Shown here: piece after piece, positions 42,777 through 53,773 of the stretch
Layout of the letters: each line of letters starts with the position of its first letter
Numbering within the stretch: the stretch's first letter is position 1
From: Wickerhamiella versatilis
Taxonomy: Eukaryota
Length of the DNA stretch: 64,000 bases
NCBI GenBank assembly: GCA_030867685.1
Contig: JAQOWU010000003.1
Coordinates: forward strand, 62,001 to 126,000
Direction: 5' to 3'
Program-made: the position numbers and the translations under genes
Notes under the pieces: generated by a model
Seen by the model: the letters and a program-made list of their open reading frames with translations, nothing else
Told to the model about the DNA's origin: nothing
Database searches by the model: none

Positions 42777-44393
42777 ATGAACGATGAGGACTCACCAGAG
42801 GAATATACACCCGAAAAGCAGGTAACAAGCTACCCAACAAAGGTTAAGCATGACTGTTTTACCGACCCTCGCTTCTTCGCTGAGCATCCATGGCATGAGT
42901 ATCTGTTTATTTTTTCTGCCTGTCTAGGACAGATCCTCACCTTAGCCGGTGCCGACTATACTCTTTCAATTCTTAGTGTTCTTGAAGAATTTTACCAGTC
43001 TCCAGCTACCGAGAGAGGCTGGTATATGTCGAGTTTCGCGTTGACTTGCGGAACGTTTATTCTTGCTAGCGGTAGGCTTGGGGATGTTTATGGTCCGAAA
43101 CCTGTTATATTAGTTGGGCATGTTATCACCTTCATATGGGCGATTCTTGGTGGGGTCGCTTACTGGGTTCGCAATGAGACTTTTTTCATTTGTTGCAGAG
43201 CATTTCAAGGTGCTGGAGTTGCCCTGATTCTTCCAAACGTTCTTGGTGCGGCTGGACGAGTTTACAAGGCAGGGACGCTCCGTAAGCACTTGATATTTGG
43301 CTTGATAGGGTGGTGTGCCCCAGTTGGTGGAATTCTTGCACCATTTTTCGCAGGTTTAATTGCAGTGAAGACCAATTACTGGAACTGGATATGCTGGTCG
43401 TTTGCAATAGCTACATTTGTGGGGTTCGTGTTTGTTTGGATAAGTTTCCCCTATTTCCCACCGAAGCACAAAGAGATATCAGTGGACTGGATTGGGTGCG
43501 GATTAGGAATATCTGGAATGCTTTTATTGAATTTTGTGTGGAATCAGGCTCCAAATGCGGGCAGTGGTTGGGCTAATCCTTACATCATTGTTCTTCTCGT
43601 GGTTAGCATCCTCCTCCTGGGTATCTTTGTGTGGTATGAACTTCACTATCCCTCTAATCCACTCATACCCAAAGCAGTGTTGGCAAACTATCGAATAATG
43701 TGCGTGCTAGTTTGCCTATTTCTTTGTTGGGGTTCGTTTGGTATTCTTATTTATCACTATTACATTTTCAATGTTTGGTTGAGAGGTTACAGTCCGCTTG
43801 GAGTAGGTGCTGCGGCAATACCAGCAGTATGCTTTGGCCTTCTTGCTGCAATGAGCTGTCCATTTGCTATTCGCCTTATTCCTATAGAGATTGTGATGGT
43901 GTTTAGCATGACGGCTTTCCTCGGAGGGATGATAATGTTATCTGTCTTGGAACCCGAGCAGGGATATTGGCATCTCACATTCGCCATGCCAACCATGATG
44001 GCATTTGGGATGGATTGGAGTTTTCCTGCGTCATCGATCCTTTTATCTGACGAACTGCCACATGAAATTCAAGGGATGGCAGGGTCGCTGATAATGACAA
44101 TGATTAATTATGGTTTATCGTTTTTTGTGGGGATTTCGGGTACAATCGAGAGTCAAGTTGGTCGTCATAATAATAACGACTTACTTGGCGAGATTAGGGC
44201 TTGTGCTTACTTTTCCATTGGGCTGGCGGGTGCTTCAACGCTTCTCGCTATAATATTGGGTATATATCATCATTTCCACAGTTCTCATAGAGAAAATGCT
44301 GATATGGAAGTAGGATTCGAAAATGAAGATATTGATGATGGCATTCAAGAGCTGCCTAGTCGTAGTGTTAGAAGCTTTTCTCAGGCTCAATAA
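42777..44393 (+). CDS. MFS drug:H+ antiporter, DHA2 family (ATR1-like; paralogue of 5868-7427)
   Basis: 'FTDPRFF', 'GTFILASGRLGDVYG', 'NFVWNQAP', 'GMDWSFP', 'QGMAGSL'. Confidence 0.9.
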   Translation: MNDEDSPEEYTPEKQVTSYPTKVKHDCFTDPRFFAEHPWHEYLFIFSACLGQILTLAGADYTLSILSVLEEFYQSPATERGWYMSSFALTCGTFILASGRLGDVYGPKPVILVGHVITFIWAILGGVAYWVRNETFFICCRAFQGAGVALILPNVLGAAGRVYKAGTLRKHLIFGLIGWCAPVGGILAPFFAGLIAVKTNYWNWICWSFAIATFVGFVFVWISFPYFPPKHKEISVDWIGCGLGISGMLLLNFVWNQAPNAGSGWANPYIIVLLVVSILLLGIFVWYELHYPSNPLIPKAVLANYRIMCVLVCLFLCWGSFGILIYHYYIFNVWLRGYSPLGVGAAAIPAVCFGLLAAMSCPFAIRLIPIEIVMVFSMTAFLGGMIMLSVLEPEQGYWHLTFAMPTMMAFGMDWSFPASSILLSDELPHEIQGMAGSLIMTMINYGLSFFVGISGTIESQVGRHNNNDLLGEIRACAYFSIGLAGASTLLAIILGIYHHFHSSHRENADMEVGFENEDIDDGIQELPSRSVRSFSQAQ

Positions 44394-44614
44394 CATCGTC
44401 TCATTCGCGTGGCCAAAAAGTACTGTCAAGGATTATATATAGAATATGAGTTATACTGTAACCGAATTGAGGTATCTAATTATCATGTCTACCGATACGC
44501 TAGTAAGTGAATGTAAATTAAAACTCGTATAGCGCTACCTTGCATTGTTTCAGAAAGCGTATAAATATGAAGAAGTAATACTCATTGACAGTTTTGCTCT
44601 GTCTGCATTGAGAG

Positions 44615-46339
44615 CTATGTTTTCATAGCATATGGCGATCTAAGCCGCAGAGAATAGCCGAATTTATAAAAAAGAAACGGAAAAGGAAGTGCTATCACAC
44701 TCAGACAGCCAATTAGTGTTCCTGCCCACTGAATACCCAGGTTTTCAAACATTTGCGTGGCAAATAGTGGAAATGCTGCTGCCATCCCAGCTCGGAGGAA
44801 CGCATTGGCGGCATTAGCTGAAGCGGCAAAACTAATGTACACATCAGTGATATAGTTAATAGCACCCAAGAATATCTGGAAAATACCATATTGGACAAAT
44901 GATGCCCCGATACAAGGCACTATCCAGTGAACCTGTTCCGGATAGGCGCCAGACCAGCATAGCCAGAAAATACCAATGGGAAATGAGATCGCACCCGCCA
45001 TCATAACAATGAGCCGCTGCTCTGGTAAGTAGTCAGTTTGATATTTCTTCACAAGCCGGGAAAACCTTGGTTCGAAAAATAATTTATTTGATAATCCTGC
45101 CACAAATGTTCCGGACAATAATCCCACGTAGGGAAGGAATTTAACGCCCTTGTGAAACCCACGTCCTGCATTTTCGTAGCCAGTGAAAATAATTGGGAAT
45201 GCCTCGAGACACATATACTGAATGCCATATACGTAGCCAACATAAATGGAGAGAATGAGGAGCACAGGTTCCGTAACCAGCATCTTCACTGGTCTCACAA
45301 TATTATTTTCACAGACCTCCCTGAGACTGAACGAGACATCTTCATGATCTGCATGTATTCCCCAGATCCCAGTTCGTTCCCGTAGTTCCTCTGCCCTCTC
45401 AACGAGCAGGATGGGACGATATGTTTCCTTCGCAGCGAGCACGAACAACACTGCTGTAGCACATGCAGGGATAGCTATAATATACTGAGTCCAGCGCCAT
45501 CCAAGATAGCTATATGCTATGAATCCTCCGAGAATAGGACTTGCCAATGGACCCGTAACAACGGCTACCGAATATATCGACATGATGTTCCCGCGAGTCT
45601 CCGCTGTAAATTCATCGGAAATCATAGCCGGAAGAATTGCGATAGCTCCTGCTCCAAATGATCCACCAAAAAAGCGGGAGAGCATCTGTGTTTGTACGTT
45701 TGGAGCCGATGCAGCCGCAAAACTGCTACAAATAAAGGCAATTTGACAAATTACATATGGCGGTATCCGGCCATAGACTTCAGAGAGAGGCCCCCAGATT
45801 ACTGGGCCAACAGCAAAACCGAGAATAAAAAGACTCACACCCAGCGCTGCAGGCGTTACTCCGAGATGGAACTCCTCCTGGATCATAGGCATCGCAGGAC
45901 CATAAATACTTGACATAAATGACACCATCAAGTTTGGTAACAGATAAATCATTAGTTGTAGAGATTTCTTTCGGAGTCTCCAGTTATAGGGAATGCATGG
46001 ATCATCCGGACCTTCGAATTCAACTGTGTATAGCTCCCTAGGTGGTAAAGGTGGAGGTAACTGTCTTTCGAAGCCTATGTCCGGGAGTCTCGAGGAATAT
46101 CTTCGTTTGCCTCTACGGCTTATCTCCCGAGAGATTTCCCTGTCAGTAGTTGCAGCTATACTGTTGATCGAGTTATTCGTTCTAGTTCTTCCTGCTGGAC
46201 TGGATTCATCTAGCCCCACAGTATCATCGTATATTTCATTAGGGGTTTCCATATCATCTCCACTAGAAGGAATGCTTTTCAAATCCCCTCCATAGCTGTG
46301 CTGATCTGCTCTGCCGTTGGACCCTTCCTCTTTTTTCAT
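44615..46339 (-). CDS. MFS DHA1 antiporter (TPO/FLR1/MDR1-like)
   Basis: 'VEFEGPDDP..PYNW', 'WGPLSEVYGR', 'ETY.PILL', 'EPVL', 'PEQRL', 'FPLFA.QMF..LG..WA'. Confidence 0.92.
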   Translation of the reverse strand: MKKEEGSNGRADQHSYGGDLKSIPSSGDDMETPNEIYDDTVGLDESSPAGRTRTNNSINSIAATTDREISREISRRGKRRYSSRLPDIGFERQLPPPLPPRELYTVEFEGPDDPCIPYNWRLRKKSLQLMIYLLPNLMVSFMSSIYGPAMPMIQEEFHLGVTPAALGVSLFILGFAVGPVIWGPLSEVYGRIPPYVICQIAFICSSFAAASAPNVQTQMLSRFFGGSFGAGAIAILPAMISDEFTAETRGNIMSIYSVAVVTGPLASPILGGFIAYSYLGWRWTQYIIAIPACATAVLFVLAAKETYRPILLVERAEELRERTGIWGIHADHEDVSFSLREVCENNIVRPVKMLVTEPVLLILSIYVGYVYGIQYMCLEAFPIIFTGYENAGRGFHKGVKFLPYVGLLSGTFVAGLSNKLFFEPRFSRLVKKYQTDYLPEQRLIVMMAGAISFPIGIFWLCWSGAYPEQVHWIVPCIGASFVQYGIFQIFLGAINYITDVYISFAASANAANAFLRAGMAAAFPLFATQMFENLGIQWAGTLIGCLSVIALPFPFLFYKFGYSLRLRSPYAMKT

Positions 46340-46680
46340 CCGATGAAAAAGGTTAGGGTTTGCAGATCCCGATATTTCAACCGAGTATTTACTTCCTTCA
46401 CCGCTGGAATTGTTTTGGATTATATAGGTATACTATCTATAAACAGAAATTATAGACTGCCATAACATAACTGTTAACTGTTACTTACCATGTGTTTCAT
46501 GGCCCTATTAATATCATATCCCCACTTCATCTCTAACTGCTAATTTCTAATTACATACGCATAGCAATGATATATTGACTCCTTCGCAATTATCAAGCAT
46601 GGAACCGAGAATACTAAAAAAATCAATATAACCTAGTTTCTGGTAATAAGTAATATATCTATCTCGTCATTCGTTCATCT

Positions 46681-47175
46681 CTAGGCCGCGGACCTCCAAC
46701 TCTTTCCTGTTCCTGGAGTTCTACCTACAACAATTTGGTAGGTGTCAGTTCCTAATGTGAAAAGACTAAAAGCGAAGGAAATCCAGAGGAATGATTCCAT
46801 TGCATGCCATCGGCCACAATCCGACTGCCAATCTTCACCAAACCCCCACTTTTCCCAGTTAGCCGCATAGTTACTACCACAGCGACTGTTCCAATCTCCA
46901 ATTGCAGCACCTCCTGCTACTAGGAAGATCATACTTATGATGTCCATACCAAGTACACAGCACTTGCCTACAGTTGGAACCTTGTTACTGAGAAGCGACA
47001 TACAGGTGGTAACTATTAGTAGAGCTGTCGCAATGACGCTTGCAGCCAACACATAATTCACCCGGGTTTCATCCCATCCGTTGGCGCGAAGATCTGCTGA
47101 AATACCGAGCACAATTACTGCAAAAGCAAACGTACAAAAGTGTAAACACGAGTCACAAATCTTTCCAGCCTCCAT
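46681..47175 (-). CDS. Four-TM MARVEL-domain protein (Nce102-like)
   Basis: 164 aa with four hydrophobic segments; 'FAVIVLGISA', 'D..SMIFLVAGG', paired loop cysteines, 'FLWISF'. Confidence 0.7.
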   Translation of the reverse strand: MEAGKICDSCLHFCTFAFAVIVLGISADLRANGWDETRVNYVLAASVIATALLIVTTCMSLLSNKVPTVGKCCVLGMDIISMIFLVAGGAAIGDWNSRCGSNYAANWEKWGFGEDWQSDCGRWHAMESFLWISFAFSLFTLGTDTYQIVVGRTPGTGKSWRSAA

Positions 47176-49186
47176 TCGAGTCGAAAAAAAAACTATTCTG
47201 TATGGTTTCCCTAAAGTCCCAACATGATGCTTTTTATATATATAATTTTGCTTTCCTCACGGGAAAGGGATGTCGGCAGACTCGCATCCCATTAATTAAC
47301 TTACATAACAATGTCCGACGTAATGTGGGGAATACGAAGTTTTTTCTGCGACAGACACTTGCAATTGCCGTGATTTAATTTTAAATTTGACTGCTCCTAC
47401 ATATTGTATAAGACCGTACTGTTCCAGTCCATATTCATGTGTTTAATGACAGGGGCTTTTTGGATGATCTCAGGACGAGAAGCAAACTATGTCATAACCC
47501 CAGCCCTGTCGGTTGGCAACGGGTTTTCATTTTTGCAATGAATGAAGTGGCGCCGGCCTAAATAGCTAGACAAATAGTTGTGCGATCTCCATTGGGAATA
47601 TAAGTGGGCAACTTGAAATTAATATAGTGCTGCAGGGCTTGTTATCTCATTACCGACCGATAGGTACCATCGTATTTCAATATATTCGTAATATTTTAAG
47701 GAAGATCGCAGATCTTCTAGAAGACAAAGTCGAATTGTTTTCCGAGATAAGTTACCTAGATTATGCGATTGCTATAATCTGCACGTGATGCCATTCTAGG
47801 TCTATTTCCACCCTGCTGCGTCTTGGTCTTCCCAACCGATCCTGGGTTTGTGCTGAACGGGACATCTTGGGCGCAGAAGACTCACTTAACCGTACAATGA
47901 GCTATCCTTATTCACATCATCAATTTTAGACACAACTTTTGTACTTGGTGGAGGAATGTGTTGCGGGACGTGAATGTTTTAAACAGCCTTGCACTGAATT
48001 TCACGTCTTTCTATTATAACATGCTAATATATGGGTGCTGGTGTCACATAACGAAGCCATATGATACTATCTGGTATCAAAAGGGAACATAGATGGTTCT
48101 GAACTAGGGACATTAAAACTCAATGGATAACCAACGTCGCTTAATTCAACCATCTGTCATGTAGATGTGGCATTTGGTGGATTAAAAAATTATGACATCA
48201 GGTCTTCCAGTATCAAGTCACTTATAATGGTTACTATGATTGTACTGAGGGGTTTTCAAAAGGCATAATATGGGAAGGCTAACCTTCATCTGGGTGAGTT
48301 TTCACGGAATCGGATTATTAGTTAAACCTGTCACACATCCGTACCGAGTACCGAAGATGATAATGTTCAGTACTTGGACAAAGAATGATGTAAAACCAGG
48401 AGGATTTGGGTGGCGATACAGTTGAGTCATGGGGAACTCCAAAATGCCTGACCATCATTGGCCGTGACATAAGGATGCCGCCTGGCCGCATCAGTCCTCA
48501 TGAAGAGCAGTATAGCGCGAAATGTAGCGTCAGATCCACTTGAACTACCTGGAGTAAGTAGCGAGTATCCAATCCCCACCCTGTGGGCACCTTACATATT
48601 ATTATTGTAGCAAAATTTGCTGATGGGCAGCTGGATATTCGCAGCTTGGTATATCAATTACGGATGAAAGGTTGGGTGCCCTCAAGTAATTCATCTCAGT
48701 CCATGCATGATGCTTTGATGTCTAGAATACAAAAATGCGTAACTTTTTCCACTTTATGAGATTATATCTTGCTGCATCTCGTAATAGCCTGCATGAAATG
48801 TCCCAGTTAGTGATTACGACTTGTCTGCAGGAGGTTCGTTACCTCCCCCCATCGCGACTTGTTCATTTATAATGCGACGCTTCACAAATTTGGGGCGCAG
48901 TACTAGCCACGATATTTCTTTCATCGCCATAAGACTACAGATTAATATTTAATAATAAAAATAAATCAAAATCGCTCGCGGACTAAAAGCCGCTTGAAAT
49001 CGACGACTACGACAGCAATCACGTGACCTTGGTGGGGGAGGGGTTGAGAATAATGGTCCCCGACCCCACATTTATCACCGTTAAGCCGCAGCTTCCTCGG
49101 TTGGTGTTTCACCGAGAGGTCCATAAAGCTGGTAATTGTAAAAAAAAAGAAAAAAGGGACTATTTCTGAGAATTTTCTTGCTTGAT

Positions 49187-50821
49187 TCAAGACAAACCAT
49201 CTCTGAGCTCGATGTAACGATAATATAAAGTCATGGTCTTGCGTCTCCAAAACTTTCCTGAGAATATTAATGGGATTGTAAGACAGCAGAGCAAGAATTG
49301 AACCGCTGCGCAGGAAATATACGTGTTCATTTGACCTATCTTGAACCAAGGCTCAATCACGAAACACAGGATAAAGGATATCAAGGTGTATATCATGGAC
49401 ACTCCAATTACAGATTCCAGCGACATCTCAGGATAGCAATCCACGAGATATGCCATTGGGATGTCTGTTGTAATTCCAAAGCTTGCCCCGACAAATGCGA
49501 GACCTAAGTAAGGCGCGGGCCATGACCATTGATACTCTGTACCTGCTCCAAACAGTAATAGGCCTAAGGGACCAAGAATAAACGAAGGTGCCATGCACCA
49601 CAGACGTGATTCTGCCTCCTGGATTCCGTGATTGCGTTTGGCGGCATAAGCCACGAGCCAGTCGGTGGCATATATTGAGTAAAAGCATCCGACGACAGCA
49701 CCAATGAAAACCGGAACCATCATTATTCCCAGCGCCACACTGCCATAGTTCCATGGTGAGAGAATCCATACCTCCTCCTCAGTGGTCATGTAGAAACTGA
49801 GCCATGATATGCCCCACCCCCAATGAAGACCAGTATACCACGTTGCAGGAAACAAAAATACTCGAAACTGCAAGAAGAGGCGCTGAACATACTGCTTGAA
49901 GCCGTACCCTTTTATCGCTCTCGATTTTTTGACGATGGCTAGTCGCTTCCAGTAGGGTTTGATCACTTCAGCGTCGTAGATTGTGGTCCTTGTGGGTATT
50001 TGTTGAGTGGTATTTTCGAATGCAACAGGCTCCTTTTTCTCTGAGGACGCCTCCACATTGTTCTCAAGAATGGTTTCTACAGTGTGTTGCGAGAAGGCTG
50101 CTCGGTCAAACGACGTCTCCTCCAGCAGGAAAAAAAACACTACCAACGTAACACCCTCAAGAATCAGACCTAACCATCCAATCCATTGCCAGCCAAGATC
50201 ATTGACTATGTATCCTCCAATCAACGGCCCAATATACGAGCCCGCTGCAAGAGATATGACATAAAAAGCAATGAAGTCTGCAAGCTCGTGCTGATAGTAT
50301 ATTTGGGAAATGGAGAGCTGCGCCAGACCTTCAATTGCGCTTGTAGACATCCCAATAAAGAGCTGGGAGCCAATTATGTCGCCTGTAGTCTTGTAATTTG
50401 CCATCCAAGCGGACCCAATAATTCCAAAACATGTGCACAGGATATATAGCAGTCTCACGCCCCAGATATGAGGTATCGGTCCCAGCAGTGCTGATCCTGC
50501 CCATCCAATGCCAATGAATAATATAGCCGTTGCAATATTAACGTCTGTATATGTCCAGGTCGGATGATCAGCAAGGAACCCGTTGCTTTGGATACTAAGG
50601 ATGTTAGCCATTGCTCCCATGAAGCCTTTGTTCCAGAGTATGAGTGACAGTTGGATATGCTTCTTCCATCGCGGCATTTTCAAGGGATCATTTGGTGATT
50701 TTGTGGGCTGGGGGTGAAGGACTATATCACCGTCCCGTTCAAGCCCCTCCTCATCGATATCGTGGGAATTAAACATAACAATTGTTCCTGGAATCTCCTC
50801 GGCCCCACCAGAATCCTTCAT
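49187..50821 (-). CDS. HOL1: MFS permease, HOL1 family
   Basis: 'IPGT', 'LHPQPTKSPNDPL', 'SFYMTTEE...PWNY', 'GIQEAESRLW', 'AYLVDCYP' match my recollection of yeast Hol1. Confidence 0.8.
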   Translation of the reverse strand: MKDSGGAEEIPGTIVMFNSHDIDEEGLERDGDIVLHPQPTKSPNDPLKMPRWKKHIQLSLILWNKGFMGAMANILSIQSNGFLADHPTWTYTDVNIATAILFIGIGWAGSALLGPIPHIWGVRLLYILCTCFGIIGSAWMANYKTTGDIIGSQLFIGMSTSAIEGLAQLSISQIYYQHELADFIAFYVISLAAGSYIGPLIGGYIVNDLGWQWIGWLGLILEGVTLVVFFFLLEETSFDRAAFSQHTVETILENNVEASSEKKEPVAFENTTQQIPTRTTIYDAEVIKPYWKRLAIVKKSRAIKGYGFKQYVQRLFLQFRVFLFPATWYTGLHWGWGISWLSFYMTTEEEVWILSPWNYGSVALGIMMVPVFIGAVVGCFYSIYATDWLVAYAAKRNHGIQEAESRLWCMAPSFILGPLGLLLFGAGTEYQWSWPAPYLGLAFVGASFGITTDIPMAYLVDCYPEMSLESVIGVSMIYTLISFILCFVIEPWFKIGQMNTYISCAAVQFLLCCLTIPLIFSGKFWRRKTMTLYYRYIELRDGLS

Positions 50822-51699
50822 ATCAACTTTTTAGTGTCTCTCTGATACAAGAAGAGGGGCGCAGTGATTAGATGAAACGTAGTCATAGCGGGAAGTTATA
50901 CTGTTGTGATAAGATTTTCTACGTTGGTGACATTTCGATACGAAAGTTAGCCAAAATACCCATACTCCAATCAAAGAAGAAGCATTATAAGGGTGATATC
51001 GTCGTGCAGCACACAGTGCGGACGTTAAAATTTTAGTCCAAGCGAATTGCTAGGGCTAGGGCTGCTGAGATAGCGATGTGATTTGCTATCAGGATTAGTG
51101 TCTGAACAAGCGAGATACTCTCACAACTATATTCGGTGTATGCTGTATAGGGGTGGAAATGATCTAAAGTGTTGAGCGACTCCCTCATATCAGGAAAGGC
51201 TAAGTTTATCTTCACAGCCGCTAACTCAATAAAACATGCCTGTGGCAGGAGCCATAAATTTCGATCGCCTTCTCACTCTATTGCCGCCAGAAAGAGACTA
51301 GTTAGGTCCCTTTTCGGCCAAGTTCAAGGACATGGAAACGAAACATAACTGTCTGTAGCTTCGTGATTAGCCACAGGTACCGACATTTTTGAGCTCCAGG
51401 AAACTGCGAGGGAAAGTAGGCTCATATCATCTTATTTGCCGACAGATACCAACCTAATCTACTTAGTGACCTAAGATCGAACCACGTTACATAATATTGT
51501 CTTATATGGATAAGCCAAAACAAGTATGGCAACATCCAGAAATTATAATTTCGAAAGAATGATAAAAGGGTCCTGAGCCCTCGCTGCCCTCATATTCTTG
51601 CAAAAGATGACTGCCAGGCCGTATATGCTAACTCTTGCATATGCCAAGAAATAGCGTTATGTAACTTGGTTTCTTGGCATTTAACAAGAACCTTTCAGT

Positions 51700-53523
51700 A
51701 TGTCGAACGAGCTTTTGGTAGCAGCTGTATTAAAACACGTGCCGCAGGCTGATCCTGGGATAATTTTTTGAACTTCTTGTTTCGTGTGATGGTGATGTCA
51801 AGCGAGTGATCGAGCTGACAGGAGGTGTTGTCTCCTCTGACGATGTCGTACGCCCGAAAGAACTGGGTACTGTATCAAAATTCAAGGAACGTGAGTATCT
51901 GGTTGAATCCATTATGAATGAAATGCCAGATGCAGACCGCGATACTGTACGGGAGCTCCTATTAACATTTGATGGTGATGTCAAACAAATCTTTGAGATT
52001 ATCGGTCCTCTAACAGACAGCAGGATGTCGGAGCAACAGGTCTTATTGCGGAAGACCCAGAATTCTAAATCAAAAAAAGGCGATTCGGACCTGCCAAGTT
52101 ATGACGAAGTTTTAGGCGAGGGTGCCATAATTAAGAAGAAGGTTGCGCCTGCTTTTCCACAAGCCTCATCAGCAAAACTGAAATATCAAGTAGCCACCCA
52201 ACTCCCTTTACAGGAGCCCATGCGCGGAATGGGACCCTCTAACGAAATCCTCAGGTTCTGTCCTATGCGGGCCCCTTTGTCGTTTGCCAGCTACCAGTAC
52301 CATCATCACAGCATTCCAGACTTCCCCATCTGCACTTTATGCTATTCAAAATATATAAGCTCCTCTCCATTCTCGAATGAATTTGTCATAACCGACCGCC
52401 CAGTCGAGGATGGGATCTGTCTCTTCAATTGCCCTCGTATGACAAAACTCCTGTGGCCAGCTGCAGTGAACTCTGGAGAATTTAAATCGATAGTTTCCTA
52501 TATGGCCCAAAGATCCGAAATCAGGAATTGCAAACGCACAGAAGCTGCGTATTCCCATGAGGGTCACAAGTGGTACACATCAGAAGATGCTGCTTTCGAA
52601 GGACTTGAGTTCGCTATATGTGGTGCATGCTACGAGGAATTTGTGGTGGACTCAAGTTTGGAGTCTGCTTCGACTCCATTGAAGCAGCGAATCAATCAGC
52701 GTCTCAAATACAGTGGTGTCGTACCATACGTTTACAAATTGTTCGATAGGTCAATGGATAGACCGAACTCTGCTGACCCTGTGCAGTTTGCTACGGGGGT
52801 TGCTGAGCGCATTTCGTTACAGCACTGCAATGGTGTGCCGATCAGACCTGGATAGGGCGAGGCGCTTTGGTACAAGCCCACATGGTATACATCTAAGCCA
52901 GAAGTCACGAGGTTTGCCATATGCAGGGCCTGTTACCTGGATCAAGTTATCCTTTCAGGCTTTGAGGGCGAGTTTGAGGGAATAATGGATTCACAAGAGT
53001 TCTATAGTGTTGATCCACGCCAGTGCTATTTCAAGTCACATGGCGGGGGATTTGCATGGGTCATCTCAATAGAGTTGGAGAGAAACTTGCCGCTTTGGCA
53101 CAAAATCGTTGATGTTATGTCACGCGCAAATGCATATCATACTCCACGACATTTTACACTTTCTCTCCCTACAGACCGCTGGAGAACTTTGGGATCTGCA
53201 CTTCGTGTTTCCATGCCTATGTAGTCTCCTGCCACTCCCAAAACTTATTTGAGGTCCTGGATATACCAAAATTGGCACATGAGGAGATGAGAAGCTTTTG
53301 TCCAGAAGGAAGGTGCACGGAGTGCGAGAAAAACTTTAGCTATATCTGTAACTTTAGCCGGAAGAACCCCAATGCAGGTTCTAATATTGCGAAGTTCATA
53401 GAGGCTGCACAGCTCAGCAACTTGAGTGTTTTCCGTGACTATGTAGCAAACCAGGGTAGCGTGCCTGACTATCCTAGATTCGAGATGAGCGGCTATGGCC
53501 TATTTCCCGAAAGGCTAAGATAA
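51700..53523 (+). pseudogene. Disrupted gene for a protein with two CUE/UBA-like N-terminal repeats and four F-x-I-C-x-x-C-[YF] repeats
   Basis: ATG at 51700; frameshift in the T6 run 51764-51769; in-frame TAG 52853-52855 with the repeat continuing after it; a second frameshift at about 53150-53176. Confidence 0.7.
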
Positions 53524-53773
53524 TCCTAGTTTATATCATCCACATTGTGGTGAGATGGAGTTACAAAAGATCAAACAAGCTGTTTCACGACCTTCAACCA
53601 GTCAAAAATCTCTTGCTCATGGGCACACTATGCTCACGCACGACAAGCCGCATGAAATTTTTGATCCTACTATATTGATCACGTGCCGATGGGGGTAAAT
53701 GGTACCCCTGTACCCCGTGCCCCCAGCTCGTCTGTTATTAAGCTAACATATTTCACTATAAATGGATACTAAT

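Noticed and set aside
47400-48900. Possible highly degraded coding remnant
   Set aside because: The frames I tried gave only short stop-rich peptides with no recognisable motif.
49018-49027. CDEI-like ATCACGTGAC as a point centromere
   Set aside because: No properly spaced AT-rich CDEII and CDEIII; an ordinary E-box explains it.
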